A DNA stretch of 40,507 bases from a bacterium (GTDB lineage Bacteria > SZUA-182 > DTGQ01): NCBI GenBank assembly GCA_040752695.1, contig JBFMGO010000044.1, positions 1 through 40,507 of the forward strand, written 5' to 3'. The notes beneath the pieces were generated by a model. It worked only from the letters and a program-made list of their open reading frames with translations, was not told where the DNA came from and did not search any database. A program made the position numbers and the translations under genes. Below, piece after piece: positions 8,062-17,814 of the stretch (the stretch's first letter is position 1; each line of letters starts with the position of its first letter).

Positions 8062-9381
8062 TTATCTGGCCAGGTGGATTTCCTGCTCATAATCCCTGAC
8101 CAGATCAGGGTTTTCCCTTTGAACTTCGCTAAAAGCGCTCATATAATCGAGCCTTGGGTTATCTTTCATCTTCCTGGTAATCAGGTCGTTCAACTGCTGG
8201 CCTGCGCTGCCTGAGGCAGCGACATTTTTGCTCCTGGTGGCAAACTCGCCGAAATTGATCGTTTTGGGCAGCTCGGTGAGAAAATCACGAAACCACTGAT
8301 ATTGGGTTCCCTTTTTACCCTCTGCAAAATTAAGGGTTTCTTCGGCTCCTAACCCTTCCATAAATTGAGCAAGTCCCAATTTCTCCCAGGCAGGCAAGAT
8401 CTGACCGGAGTGAATACCACTGGTGATAAATTCTCCAATTTCCTTCTTTCTGGCCGATTCTCCATCCTTCCTTCGCTGTTCGGCAAAGTCAGCGGCTGCC
8501 TCCCTGCGGCCCTGCTCTTTGGCATCCTCTATTTTCCTGTCAGCCTCACTGGCGACCTGGTTCAGCCGCTCGGTAAGCTCCATTATGCGCTTTTGCAGCT
8601 TCTCCTCGAATTCAGCGGTAAATCTCTCCTTTTGCTGTTCGAGAAGAGACTGGAGATGTTCCTCTGTGTGTGACATGTTCTGGCTCTCCTTTCCTTCGGT
8701 ATGGTTAATGGTTAATGCCGTTTTGGCTTGTGTGTTATCAACTGCATCTTCCTTGTTTCCTGCGGCGTTCTGATTTCCCTGGTTCAGGGCGGCATCCCGG
8801 CTTCCGGCGGCCTTCTGGTTTCCGGTAGTCTCCTGGCTTCCTGTGGTCTCCCGCTCCCCAGTTGCCACCACCGGGTCCTCGGCAGCAGACAGATTTGCTG
8901 AAAATTGATCACAGATCTTTAATCCCAGGGCATCAGCGAAAAGCATACACCGCTCACCCTCTTCGAATTTGAGATCAGTCAAACCCTTAACAGCCGGTGG
9001 CATTCCGCCCAGGAATCCCACATGGCGCAGGCGGCCATCCGGATAAAAACTGGCCGAGCGCTTCTTGTATAATCCCTGCCTGACAGCCTGAGCAAACTCC
9101 GGCACTACATCCTTGAATTTAGCCATGAGCACATTGATTTTGCTTCCATCCTTGAGCTTTTGGGTGACTTTCCTGAGTGCGCTCACCCAGCCAAAGGCCG
9201 GGGAATTATCCTGGGGATGGCCAACCGTCAGCGGCGGTTCGTGATATTCAGGGTCAAACTGTTCAATGGCCTTATCAATCATTTCATCTCCATCGTGTGC
9301 AAGACCGCGGCTGTCAATTTGTTTGCCGCCGGCAAAGATTGGCACCCAATCATCAAATCCTGAAAGATCCTTATTTACCAT
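8062..9381 (-). CDS. Mu I-like prohead protease/scaffold
   Basis: W..IF..G, P...GHP..NSPAFGWV..L, YKKRSASFY, LRHVGFLG..PPAVKGL; coiled-coil scaffold C-terminus. Confidence 0.85.
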   Translation of the reverse strand: MVNKDLSGFDDWVPIFAGGKQIDSRGLAHDGDEMIDKAIEQFDPEYHEPPLTVGHPQDNSPAFGWVSALRKVTQKLKDGSKINVLMAKFKDVVPEFAQAVRQGLYKKRSASFYPDGRLRHVGFLGGMPPAVKGLTDLKFEEGERCMLFADALGLKICDQFSANLSAAEDPVVATGERETTGSQETTGNQKAAGSRDAALNQGNQNAAGNKEDAVDNTQAKTALTINHTEGKESQNMSHTEEHLQSLLEQQKERFTAEFEEKLQKRIMELTERLNQVASEADRKIEDAKEQGRREAAADFAEQRRKDGESARKKEIGEFITSGIHSGQILPAWEKLGLAQFMEGLGAEETLNFAEGKKGTQYQWFRDFLTELPKTINFGEFATRSKNVAASGSAGQQLNDLITRKMKDNPRLDYMSAFSEVQRENPDLVRDYEQEIHLAR

Positions 9382-9384
9382 CTC

Positions 9385-10644
9385 TTATCCTCCTTTCACG
9401 ATACTGTGTAATTCCGGACTCCCGGCACCCATCACCTCTTCACCCTCAAGGGGCTCTGGCAGGCCATAGGCTTCATAAAAGTATGATTTGGCGATCGGCA
9501 GCCCAATCTCAGCCACTAATGTCTTATCTATCTGGCTGCGGGTGCCAAGATCGGGCTTTTTGCCTGAATGGGTCACCAGGCGGGGGTAGCTGGTCACTCC
9601 CGGAAAATTGAAATCGACAATCCAGGGTATGAGCACTTTGTTCAGATACGCGTCAAGCAGGTCCGCATCCGCCTCGATAATATCCTGCCTGACCTCGTCA
9701 TGAATCTGCGAGGCTGCATACGATCCCCTGCTGCCGACATCGGTAGTCAGGGTCTGGCCAAGTACTGTCTTCGATATTTGCCGGTCGAAGTACTCACAGG
9801 CCGTGACATACGAACCATCTCCCTGCCTGGAGGCTTCCATCAATTCTATGCTCATGGTATCCGGTATAACGATGCCGGTTTCGGTTCTTATGGCGTCGAT
9901 AGCTTCGAGCAGTTTAATCCGCTGCTCCTTGGCCTGGGTCGGATACTTGCCGATGGGTGTAGGCATGCTGAATTTTTCCATAAAGATGACCCAGAACTTG
10001 ATGCCGTGCTTCTTGAACCAGACAGGCCACCAGAGTTTCTGGCCCAGGCCGTTACCATACGGGTTATCGCTGTCGCCATACTGGAAGATAAGGAATTTAC
10101 GGTCCGGAATCGGCTCTCCGTTGACGATAGAGGCGGGGGTCAGCAATCGCGGCTCCCTGTCCAGCGTAAAACAGAACCGTCTTGGATGCTTGCTCATGAA
10201 CCGGTCGATGACAACAGCCCCGTTTTTTATCTTCCAGATAATTTCAGCTCCGTAGTAGCCGTAGAGAATCGCCTGTAAAATTTCAAGGCGCAGTTGGTCG
10301 AAGTTACAATCCATGAGCACGGATTCGACAAACTGAGCAGTCTTAACATCCCGCACATCCCGCCTCTGCCTTCCGACTCTGGGGTGATTCACGGCTTGAG
10401 GCACCACACTCCACTCCTTGCCGACCACAGCCAGATAGCGGGTCTGCAGCACGGAAAAGGCATGTGCATCGCGGCTGATCTCATCGTAGAGTCTGATCCC
10501 CTTGCCCCTGGCCTCGGTAAACAACACAGGATCAGGATTTTCGAGACGGTTGAGCCATCCACCGAAAATATCCAGGTCTTTGCCAGTGGTGGCAATTTCC
10601 TTCTCAATAGGTTTTGATTTCCTTATCACATTTGATTCAGTCAT
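9385..10644 (-). CDS. Portal protein, Mu gp29-like (DUF935)
   Basis: NPYG.GL, W..F.EKF.MP..GKY, ISK..LGQTLTT, GS.AA..IH..VR.DI..AD motifs; GAGGAG RBS before ATG 10644. Confidence 0.9.
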   Translation of the reverse strand: MTESNVIRKSKPIEKEIATTGKDLDIFGGWLNRLENPDPVLFTEARGKGIRLYDEISRDAHAFSVLQTRYLAVVGKEWSVVPQAVNHPRVGRQRRDVRDVKTAQFVESVLMDCNFDQLRLEILQAILYGYYGAEIIWKIKNGAVVIDRFMSKHPRRFCFTLDREPRLLTPASIVNGEPIPDRKFLIFQYGDSDNPYGNGLGQKLWWPVWFKKHGIKFWVIFMEKFSMPTPIGKYPTQAKEQRIKLLEAIDAIRTETGIVIPDTMSIELMEASRQGDGSYVTACEYFDRQISKTVLGQTLTTDVGSRGSYAASQIHDEVRQDIIEADADLLDAYLNKVLIPWIVDFNFPGVTSYPRLVTHSGKKPDLGTRSQIDKTLVAEIGLPIAKSYFYEAYGLPEPLEGEEVMGAGSPELHSIVKGG

Positions 10645-10655
10645 GGGTAACTCCT

Positions 10656-10700
10656 CATGCAACACATGCAACGCATGCAACATATCCAACACATGCAACT
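10656..10700. repeat. 5 x 9-bp tandem repeat (catgcaaca)
   Basis: catgcaaca catgcaacg catgcaaca tatccaaca catgcaact, filling the gap between the TerL stop and the portal RBS. Confidence 0.85.
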
Positions 10701-12334
10701 CAGTAACTGTTCACTGCGCTGACATAATCACACCTTCTTCCGGTGCTCTCAAAATCGAAATAGGTGGTTCGGGTACGAAAGTATCTAAGCGCCATGCTCA
10801 GCATGTCCGCTTGGTCCATAGTCGCCCCAAGCGGAAAATTGCCGATTTCCAGCAGAAAGTCGGAAAGCCAGGGTGCTGACTCGGGCAGCCAGACGTTACC
10901 AGCCTCAATGGCCGGAGTCTCGACTGCCAGTCTGGTGATTTTGTCCGACTCAGGCTCGAAGGGCAAAAGAGGAATCGTCGTCTCCATGGGCAGGTCCTGA
11001 AGCAGTGAAGAACCGGTTGACTTGTCCTCGATCAGGACCACCTGCGGACTGTACTTCTCGGCCAGGGATTTGACCATGCGCTTTCCCTGTGGATAGGTCA
11101 GCCAATCCCGCATGACGTCAATGAGATAATAGCCGGTTTTAGTTCTGACCCAGGTTCCACAGACCCAGGGACAGTTGAGCAATTCATCCGCCTTCTGGGC
11201 AGTGTCCCAGCATTGAATCACCTCAATCCACTGATCCTTGGAAGGGATCACCCGAAAGGTCCGAAACCAGTCGATCCGAACCAGACCACCGCTGGATGGG
11301 ACCGGGCACTGCTGCAATTGCCCGGCTGTACCAAAGGTTCCAAGCACCCTCTTTTGTTCATCAAGCCATTTGCGGTCAAAGCGGGCAGGCCACAGCAATT
11401 CACCCTCATTCTCCCGCGGGTCCTGCACGCCAAGGCTGGTTATGCACTTTCTTCCAGGTTCATACTCCATGGGAAAGCACAGGTGTTCCCAGCCCTCATC
11501 CTTGAGAACATGGCCGGTCAGGTCATCTTCGTGAAGCCGCTGCATAATGATGACAATAGCGGACTTCTTGGGATCATTGAGCCTGGTAAAGAGCTCCTGG
11601 TCGAAAATATCGAGTGTATTCCGGCGCTCCACGTCCGAGAACATGGCCTGTTTGGCATTATGGGGATCATCGATGATCAGGATGTCCCCACCCTCGCCAG
11701 TCACGCCGGAGGTCATGCCGAAGGCCATCCGGCAGCCGGTGCGGTTATTCTCATACCTGGTCTTCTGGTTCTGGTCCGGGGTGAAACGGAAACGTCCACC
11801 CCACCCGGTCTGAAACCACTGGCTGGAGATAATTCGCCTTGACTTCAGACAATCGCGGGTGGCCAGCGCGTCCTTGTGCGATCCGGTCAAAAAGCGCCTG
11901 GTCGGATTTTGCAGCCAAACCCAAACGGGCCACATGACCGACACGATAGTCGATTTTGAGGTCCGGTAGGGCACATTGATCACCAGACGCTGAATATCAC
12001 CCCTGGTCACAGCCTCGAGGTGTTCACAGATCGAGTCGATATGCCAGTTGCCAACAAAAGAACGGCCAGGCTCAACCACATGCCAGGCAGCCTCAATAAA
12101 GGCTCGGAGAGATTTCTCTGCCTTATCATACGTGGCCTCGTCATACATCGCCTGCCCTGAGGCGCAAAGCCAGGGCTCCTGATCCAAGACACCGCAGGAT
12201 CCCTGTTCAACTGCCTTTTTACCCTTTGTCTTCTTTACCTCCTTTTTTACTTTCTTTTCCTCTTTCTGTTTAACTGCCCTTTTTACCTCTTGTTCTACCT
12301 CCTTTTCCGTTTCCCTCTTCTTCATAATCATCAT
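10700..12334 (-). CDS. terL: Terminase large subunit
   Basis: Walker A-like INVPYRTSKST, Walker B ILIIDDPH, MQRLHEDDL, nuclease WDTA, IEDKSTGSSL, DQAD; K/E-rich N-terminal extension. Confidence 0.9.
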   Translation of the reverse strand: MMIMKKRETEKEVEQEVKRAVKQKEEKKVKKEVKKTKGKKAVEQGSCGVLDQEPWLCASGQAMYDEATYDKAEKSLRAFIEAAWHVVEPGRSFVGNWHIDSICEHLEAVTRGDIQRLVINVPYRTSKSTIVSVMWPVWVWLQNPTRRFLTGSHKDALATRDCLKSRRIISSQWFQTGWGGRFRFTPDQNQKTRYENNRTGCRMAFGMTSGVTGEGGDILIIDDPHNAKQAMFSDVERRNTLDIFDQELFTRLNDPKKSAIVIIMQRLHEDDLTGHVLKDEGWEHLCFPMEYEPGRKCITSLGVQDPRENEGELLWPARFDRKWLDEQKRVLGTFGTAGQLQQCPVPSSGGLVRIDWFRTFRVIPSKDQWIEVIQCWDTAQKADELLNCPWVCGTWVRTKTGYYLIDVMRDWLTYPQGKRMVKSLAEKYSPQVVLIEDKSTGSSLLQDLPMETTIPLLPFEPESDKITRLAVETPAIEAGNVWLPESAPWLSDFLLEIGNFPLGATMDQADMLSMALRYFRTRTTYFDFESTGRRCDYVSAVNSY

Positions 12335-12426
12335 CCTCCGTGTTGCTTTTGGGTGGCATAGGTAAAAGACTGCTCATCCTCCCGTTTCTTTTTGTGCACA
12401 GCACATCTTTTTACCGATAAGCCCGT

Positions 12427-12474
12427 AAAACAAAAAAGCCCGGTCAAAACCATTTCTGGTTTCAACCGGGCTTT
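12427..12474 (-). terminator. Intrinsic terminator in the leader of the phage-like operon
   Basis: Minus-strand RNA AAAGCCCGGUUGAAACCA-GAAA-UGGUUUUGACCGGGCUUU forms an 18-bp stem (2 G-U pairs) with a GNRA loop and ends in U6GU4. Confidence 0.8.
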
Positions 12475-12607
12475 CAGTTACGCTTTTGCAAGGAGCGTCT
12501 TTCAGTAACCGATTATTATGAATCTAATCTAATATAATTATATTTATATATTGAAAGTTCAATTTTAAATTAACATCATTTAACTTATTTTTATTAGCTA
12601 CTTCTTT

Positions 12608-12636
12608 AATATATCAAATATCACTCGATGTTTCAA
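12608..12636 (-). promoter_or_regulatory. Sigma70-type promoter facing terL
   Basis: TTGAAA-17 nt-TATATT with an extended TGn, in an AT-rich region. Confidence 0.55.
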
Positions 12637-12756
12637 GTATTATTTTTCACTATTTTCATTGATGTTACATTATTTCCATCCCCGAATCTTGTGTCGTCAT
12701 CATTTATTATATCTCCATTATCTGTTATATCCCCTTAATAACCACCCACATTTATC

Positions 12757-12785
12757 TTGACCTTCTTTCAGATTAGCCTTATCAT
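12757..12785 (+). promoter_or_regulatory. Sigma70-type promoter of uvrA
   Basis: TTGACC-17 nt-TATCAT ending 8 nt before the ATG. Confidence 0.55.
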
Positions 12786-12793
12786 AAACGGGT

Positions 12794-15736
12794 ATGAAAA
12801 CAAATGATTACTCTCCGTCAGAGCTCAAGAGCCTGGTTATTCAGGGTGCCCGTGAGCATAACCTTAAAAATATCGACCTTGAGATCCCCAAGAAAAAGCT
12901 GGTGGTTTTCACCGGGGTAAGTGGTTCCGGCAAGTCTTCCCTGGCCTTCGATACCATCTACGCCGAGGGGCAGCGGCGCTACGTGGAGTCTTTGTCCAGT
13001 TATGCCCGCCAGTTTTTAGGCCAGATGGAAAAGCCGCATTACGATTACATCCGGGGGCTTTCTCCTACCATTGCCATTGAGCAAAAGGCGGCCAGCAAAA
13101 ATCCCCGATCAACCGTAGGCACCCTGACTGAAATCTATGATTACCTGCGGGTGCTCTTCGCCCGGCTTGGCACTCAGTACTGCTACCGTTGCGGAAGGTC
13201 AATCGGTGCCCAGTCCCCGGAGCAAATTGTGGCCGAGGTTTTGCGCCTTCCTCCGAAGACCAGAATTCTGCTGCTGGCCCCTTTAGTGCGGCAGCGGAAA
13301 GGGGAATTTCGCGATCTTCTGGCTGATGTCCAGCACAGCGGCTTTGTCCGGGTCCGGTTGGACAAAGAGGTAATTGAGCTTTCGGAAATTCCAGCCCTGG
13401 ATAAAAAGAAAAAGCATACCATTGAGGTTGTTGTTGACAGGCTGATCATTTCGGATCAGATCAAGGAGCGGCTGACCGATTCGGTCGAGACTGCCCTGCG
13501 GGTAGGCAAGGGGCAGATCGTGGTCTCCTGCCTTGATGGCGGGGGGGCGGGGCTTCAAGCGAGGACAGGGACATCGGACAGCTCTACGGCGGTGTCAGAG
13601 CAGTCGCAGCCAGCCAGTCCCGGCTCCTTTCATGACCTTCCTTTCAGTGAGCACCTGGCCTGTGATGTATGCGGCATCAGCTACCCTGAGCTCTCGCCGC
13701 AGATTTTTTCTTTTAACAGCCCTCTCGGGATGTGTCAGGAGTGCAACGGCCTGGGTACGCGGGCCGAAATAGACGCCAGTCTGATTGTGCCCGACCCTGC
13801 CAAATCCATCAATGGCGGGGCGCTGGAGGCCATCGGCTTTTCCATGAAAAACCAAAAGGGCTGGTCTTATCAGATTTTTTCGGCCATTGCCAGAGAACTT
13901 GGCATTGATCTTGACATACCCTTTAACCAGCTCAGTGAGGAGCATCAAAGGATCGTGCTCTATGGGGCGGGAGAGCGGGAATTCGTGGTCAATTATACCG
14001 GCAAGAAATTCGACCTCGACTATACCACCAGACACGAAGGTGTTATTCCGACCCTTTTGCGCCGCATGAAGCAAACCAGCTCCGAGAGCCAGAAGAGCCG
14101 CTACGAGCAGTACATGAGTGATGCCCTCTGCTCTGCCTGCCAGGGAACAAGGCTCCGCCCTGAGGCTTGTAGCGTGAAGGTTGGAGGCAAGACCCTGCCC
14201 GAACTCACTTCAATGAGCATCGAGCACCTTGACAGATTCTTTAAAACCCTCAAGGTCGAGGGGGAAAGCCGCGCTCTGATCGCAGCCGAACTGGTCAAGG
14301 AACTGCAATCCCGCATACGCTTTTTGCTGAATGTGGGCCTTGGGTACCTGTCCCTTCACAGGGCAGGGCCATCGCTTTCCGGCGGCGAGTCCCAGCGCCT
14401 GCGCCTGGCCAGTCAGATGGGCACAGAGCTTACCGGTGTGCTCTATGTGCTTGATGAGCCCAGCATCGGACTTCACCAGCGGGATAACCGCAAACTTCTC
14501 GATGCATTGTTGCATCTTCGGGACATCGGCAATTCCCTGATCGTGGTCGAACATGACCGCGAGACCATGGAGGCGGCAGACCATATTGTCGATTTTGGCC
14601 CCGGTGCCGGTGTGCACGGAGGTGAGGTCATCTTTTCTGGCTCTCCGGAAAAGATGAAGCAGGACCCCCGTTCCGTAACCGGCCAGTATCTGTCCGGCAG
14701 GAAAGAAATCCCGATCCCCAAAATCCGCAGGTCCGCAAATGAGTGGATCACCATCCGGAGTGCCAGCGAAAACAACCTCAAAGGTATCGATGTTCCGATT
14801 CCCCTTGGAGTTCTGTGCTTCGTGACCGGTGTCTCCGGCGCAGGGAAAAGCAGTCTTATCCGCCAGATTCTCTATCCTTTTGCCGCCAATCACTTGCATG
14901 CTGCCCGGCTTCCGGTGGGCAGACATCAGGGAATCGAGGGGCTGGATCGCCTGGACAAGATCATCAATATCGATCAAAGACCCATTGGCCGTACTCCCCG
15001 CTCCAATCCTGCCACGTATGTCAAGGTCTTCGATCTGATCAGGGAGGTATTTTCCTGGCAGACCGAGGCCAAGATCGCAGGGTACGATAAGGGACGGTTC
15101 AGTTTCAATGTGAAGGGCGGACGGTGCGAGGCCTGCTCCGGTGATGGAATGGTCAAGGTTGAGATGCACTTTCTGCCTGATGTCTATGTGCCGTGCGAGG
15201 TCTGCCACGGTACCCGCTTCAATGAGGCAACCTTACGCATTACCTATAAGGGTAAGAACATTGCCCAGCTTCTCGATTCGACCGTGGAAGAGGCCATGTC
15301 GCTCTTTTCCAATCACCCGAAAATCCTCCGCATTCTGCAAACACTGGCCGATGTAGGACTGGAATATATCAAACTGGGTCAGTCATCAACCACCCTTTCC
15401 GGAGGGGAGGCCCAGAGGATAAAGCTCTCCCGTGAGCTGGCCCGGCTTGATACCGGCAGAACCCTCTACCTGCTGGATGAGCCTACTACTGGGTTACATT
15501 TCGAGGATATCCGCAAGCTCCTCATAGTCCTCAACCGCCTGGTGGATGCTGGCAACAGCGTTCTGGTTATCGAGCATAACCTTGATACCATCAAGACCGC
15601 GGATTACATTATTGACCTCGGCCCTGATGGAGGAGATAAGGGCGGAAGACTGGTGGCAGCCGGAACTCCGGAGGAGGTCTGCCGCGTTCTTGAATCTCCT
15701 ACCGGCCAGGTGCTGAGGCCACTGCTCGGAGGTTAA
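12794..15736 (+). CDS. uvrA: Excinuclease ABC subunit A
   Basis: [33 protein letters not shown], two ABC ATPase domains (LSGGE, LDEP), Zn fingers. Confidence 0.98.
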   Translation: MKTNDYSPSELKSLVIQGAREHNLKNIDLEIPKKKLVVFTGVSGSGKSSLAFDTIYAEGQRRYVESLSSYARQFLGQMEKPHYDYIRGLSPTIAIEQKAASKNPRSTVGTLTEIYDYLRVLFARLGTQYCYRCGRSIGAQSPEQIVAEVLRLPPKTRILLLAPLVRQRKGEFRDLLADVQHSGFVRVRLDKEVIELSEIPALDKKKKHTIEVVVDRLIISDQIKERLTDSVETALRVGKGQIVVSCLDGGGAGLQARTGTSDSSTAVSEQSQPASPGSFHDLPFSEHLACDVCGISYPELSPQIFSFNSPLGMCQECNGLGTRAEIDASLIVPDPAKSINGGALEAIGFSMKNQKGWSYQIFSAIARELGIDLDIPFNQLSEEHQRIVLYGAGEREFVVNYTGKKFDLDYTTRHEGVIPTLLRRMKQTSSESQKSRYEQYMSDALCSACQGTRLRPEACSVKVGGKTLPELTSMSIEHLDRFFKTLKVEGESRALIAAELVKELQSRIRFLLNVGLGYLSLHRAGPSLSGGESQRLRLASQMGTELTGVLYVLDEPSIGLHQRDNRKLLDALLHLRDIGNSLIVVEHDRETMEAADHIVDFGPGAGVHGGEVIFSGSPEKMKQDPRSVTGQYLSGRKEIPIPKIRRSANEWITIRSASENNLKGIDVPIPLGVLCFVTGVSGAGKSSLIRQILYPFAANHLHAARLPVGRHQGIEGLDRLDKIINIDQRPIGRTPRSNPATYVKVFDLIREVFSWQTEAKIAGYDKGRFSFNVKGGRCEACSGDGMVKVEMHFLPDVYVPCEVCHGTRFNEATLRITYKGKNIAQLLDSTVEEAMSLFSNHPKILRILQTLADVGLEYIKLGQSSTTLSGGEAQRIKLSRELARLDTGRTLYLLDEPTTGLHFEDIRKLLIVLNRLVDAGNSVLVIEHNLDTIKTADYIIDLGPDGGDKGGRLVAAGTPEEVCRVLESPTGQVLRPLLGG

Positions 15737-15827
15737 CAAAGAGGGAATTTCATCGCGTACCAATAACGGAACATGAATGTTCTGGATTCTGAGAGGATGG
15801 GCTCTAAGGCGTGCATTTCCATAGGCA

Positions 15828-15850
15828 GGCGGGGTTTTTCAAACCCCGCC
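15828..15850. terminator. Hairpin between convergent uvrA and cytochrome b genes
   Basis: ggcggggttt-ttc-aaaccccgcc; no clear downstream U-tract on either strand. Confidence 0.5.
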
Positions 15851-15911
15851 CGAAAAAGACATAATGCTCACTAAAGAGCAATACGTATAGCATGTTGCTT
15901 ATGCAGCAGGA

Positions 15912-16658
15912 TTAATGGGTGTGCGATTTTTCAAAGACCCTGCCGCTGATAATCGAAGAAATCGTACCCTTTTTGAAAACAATATCATACCAAAAGGCCA
16001 GATAGGTATGAACGCAGATAAACAGAACAAATCCCCAGGTCAGGACATGGTGGATGAAACGAACTCCGGCCAAGCCGTTCATCGTGCCTTCCACTGGATA
16101 GAGGACTGCCGAGATGAAGCCGCCCAGTCCAGCCTTGTGGAGCGCTCCGTAAAGGATCAGACCGGTTATGACCACCCCCAAAACCATAATCAAGAGAAAA
16201 CCATAGGCCGCAGATTGCAGGGTTCCATAAAGTCCTGTATGCTCCGGCAATTCGATATCGATGAGGGTGTAAAACTTGATCTGCTTATAAAGATTTTTAA
16301 AGTCAAGCCAGGCGAAAAAATCCTTCCAGTCCGCATGAAAGCGTGAAAAAAAAGCCAGATAGGCGCGCCAGGCAAGAATCGCTGTCAGGATAAAGCCAAA
16401 GAGAAGGTGAACGAAACGCACATCAGCCATGGAAAACTTTTGCCATGTTTCCCCTGCTGCTACGGTAAAGGGCTTGCCGATATACAATCCACTGACAATT
16501 AAAATTACGATACAGACGGCCATAGCCCAATGGTTAATGCACATGGCAACAGACCACTGCTTTCTCGCTATCAGGGATCCTGCCATATTTTTATGCAAGT
16601 CTACTTCTTCGAAATCATGTCGATGTAACTGTTCTTTCATTCTCAACGGTGCTGACAT
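15912..16658 (-). CDS. Ni/Fe-hydrogenase b-type cytochrome subunit, second copy
   Basis: Four hydrophobic helices with heme His in NHW, FVHLLFG, FIHH and CVHTY; close paralog of 17117..17797. Confidence 0.9.
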   Translation of the reverse strand: MSAPLRMKEQLHRHDFEEVDLHKNMAGSLIARKQWSVAMCINHWAMAVCIVILIVSGLYIGKPFTVAAGETWQKFSMADVRFVHLLFGFILTAILAWRAYLAFFSRFHADWKDFFAWLDFKNLYKQIKFYTLIDIELPEHTGLYGTLQSAAYGFLLIMVLGVVITGLILYGALHKAGLGGFISAVLYPVEGTMNGLAGVRFIHHVLTWGFVLFICVHTYLAFWYDIVFKKGTISSIISGRVFEKSHTH

Positions 16659-16823
16659 ACCTAACCTTCCTTTCTCCGCTGGGCCTTAAAACTCCTCTCC
16701 ACCTAACCTCAAGAACCTCTCACCATAGAAACGAATACCTTTTTTCACTTAATCTTATGGTTTTTTTGACCTTATGACTTCGCGAATCAGTTTTATAGAC
16801 AAGGATATGTTCCTTCTCTTAAT

Positions 16824-16853
16824 ATAGTACCCATATTGCTTCCTTCAAGTCAA
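16824..16853 (-). promoter_or_regulatory. Sigma70-type promoter for the second cytochrome b
   Basis: TTGACT-18 nt-TACTAT. Confidence 0.5.
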
Positions 16854-16993
16854 GCTAGGACTAGCTTAAGGCTATGAAAATAAAGATAAAATACAATTTT
16901 AAAATGATCTGAAAACACGGAGGCTTACCGTGAAAGCAGCGATCTGAAAGGTGAAAAGGCGGGGGGGAAGAATCAGTTTGATGCCTATGGTGG

Positions 16994-17046
16994 AAAAATA
17001 AAAGCATCCCCTCCCTCGATTCACGGCAGGAGAGGGGAGGGGATGC
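16994..17046 (-). terminator. Intrinsic terminator of the hydrogenase operon
   Basis: 12-bp arms gcatcccctccc / gggaggggatgc followed by TTTTATTTTT on the minus strand. Confidence 0.7.
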
Positions 17047-17116
17047 AGAATAATAAGAGCTCAAGAACAAATACTATTGCGCACAATAAGCACTTAAAAG
17101 GAGCGCGTAAAATCAA

Positions 17117-17797
17117 TTAATGCTCGCCTGATCTTTTCAGCATTCGTCCATGGATGATCGAAGAAATAATACTCTTTTTCAACACGACATCAGTCCAAAG
17201 CGCCATATAGACATGGATACACATGAATAAAACAAAGACCCAGGTCAGAACATGATGGATGAACCGGACCCCGGCCAGGCCGCTCATAGTGCCTTCCAGG
17301 GGGTAGAGAGTTGCCGAGATAACACTTCCCAGTCCTGCCTGGTGGAGAGCGCCGTAAAGAATCAAACCGGTTATAACGACCAGGAAAGTCATGATCAGTA
17401 ATACACCGTAGGCACCCGATTGCACGGTTCCATACAGTCCGGAATGTTCCGGCGGCGGTTCATCGGAAAGAAGCATATAAAACTTGACCTGCTTGACAAG
17501 GCTCTTAAAGTCGAGCCAGGCGAAGAAATCCTTCCAGTCCGCAGAAGATCGCGAAAAGAAGGCCAGATAGGCACGCCAGGCAAGAAGCGATGTCAGGATA
17601 AAGCCAAAGAGAAGATGAATAAAGCGGACCTTTGCTATGGAAAATTTCTGCCAGGTTTCTCCTGCACCCAGTATGGTCAGGGGCCTTGCGATATACAGCC
17701 CGCTGATAACCAAAATGACGATACTGGCGGCCATGGTCCAGTGGTTGATACGTAAGGCTAAAGACCACTGTTTTTTCATTATCAGGGGTTCTGACAT
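17117..17797 (-). CDS. hyaC: Ni/Fe-hydrogenase b-type cytochrome subunit
   Basis: RINHW, FIHLLFG, FIHH, CIHVY; directly after the large subunit; start chosen by match to the paralog's RBS and N-terminus. Confidence 0.9.
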   Translation of the reverse strand: MSEPLIMKKQWSLALRINHWTMAASIVILVISGLYIARPLTILGAGETWQKFSIAKVRFIHLLFGFILTSLLAWRAYLAFFSRSSADWKDFFAWLDFKSLVKQVKFYMLLSDEPPPEHSGLYGTVQSGAYGVLLIMTFLVVITGLILYGALHQAGLGSVISATLYPLEGTMSGLAGVRFIHHVLTWVFVLFMCIHVYMALWTDVVLKKSIISSIIHGRMLKRSGEH

Positions 17798-17814
17798 ACC
17801 TGATCTTCCTTTCT

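Larger units (their letters stand above)
184..12334 (-). mobile_element. Phage-derived head-tail gene module (GTA-like element or prophage remnant)
   Basis: 13 co-oriented, tightly packed ORFs in virion-assembly order; no integrase, replication, lysis or tail-tip genes seen. Confidence 0.8.

Noticed and set aside
10645..10698. His-rich N-terminal extension of the portal (MHVLDMLHALHVLH)
   Set aside because: Derived from the 9-bp repeat; the RBS points to ATG 10644
184..12334. Contractile injection system, tailocin or encapsulin
   Set aside because: Has terminase, portal and capsid but no sheath or baseplate, so it is a DNA-packaging head with a non-contractile tube
184..12334. Complete transposable Mu-like prophage
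   Set aside because: No transposase A/B, repressor or recognisable ends within the window
12475..12511. Hammerhead ribozyme (CUGA...GAAA)
   Set aside because: The core reads CUGAAAG rather than CUGANGA, and no third stem or cleavage triplet was found
14210..15208. 332-aa minus-strand ORF
   Set aside because: Antisense shadow of uvrA
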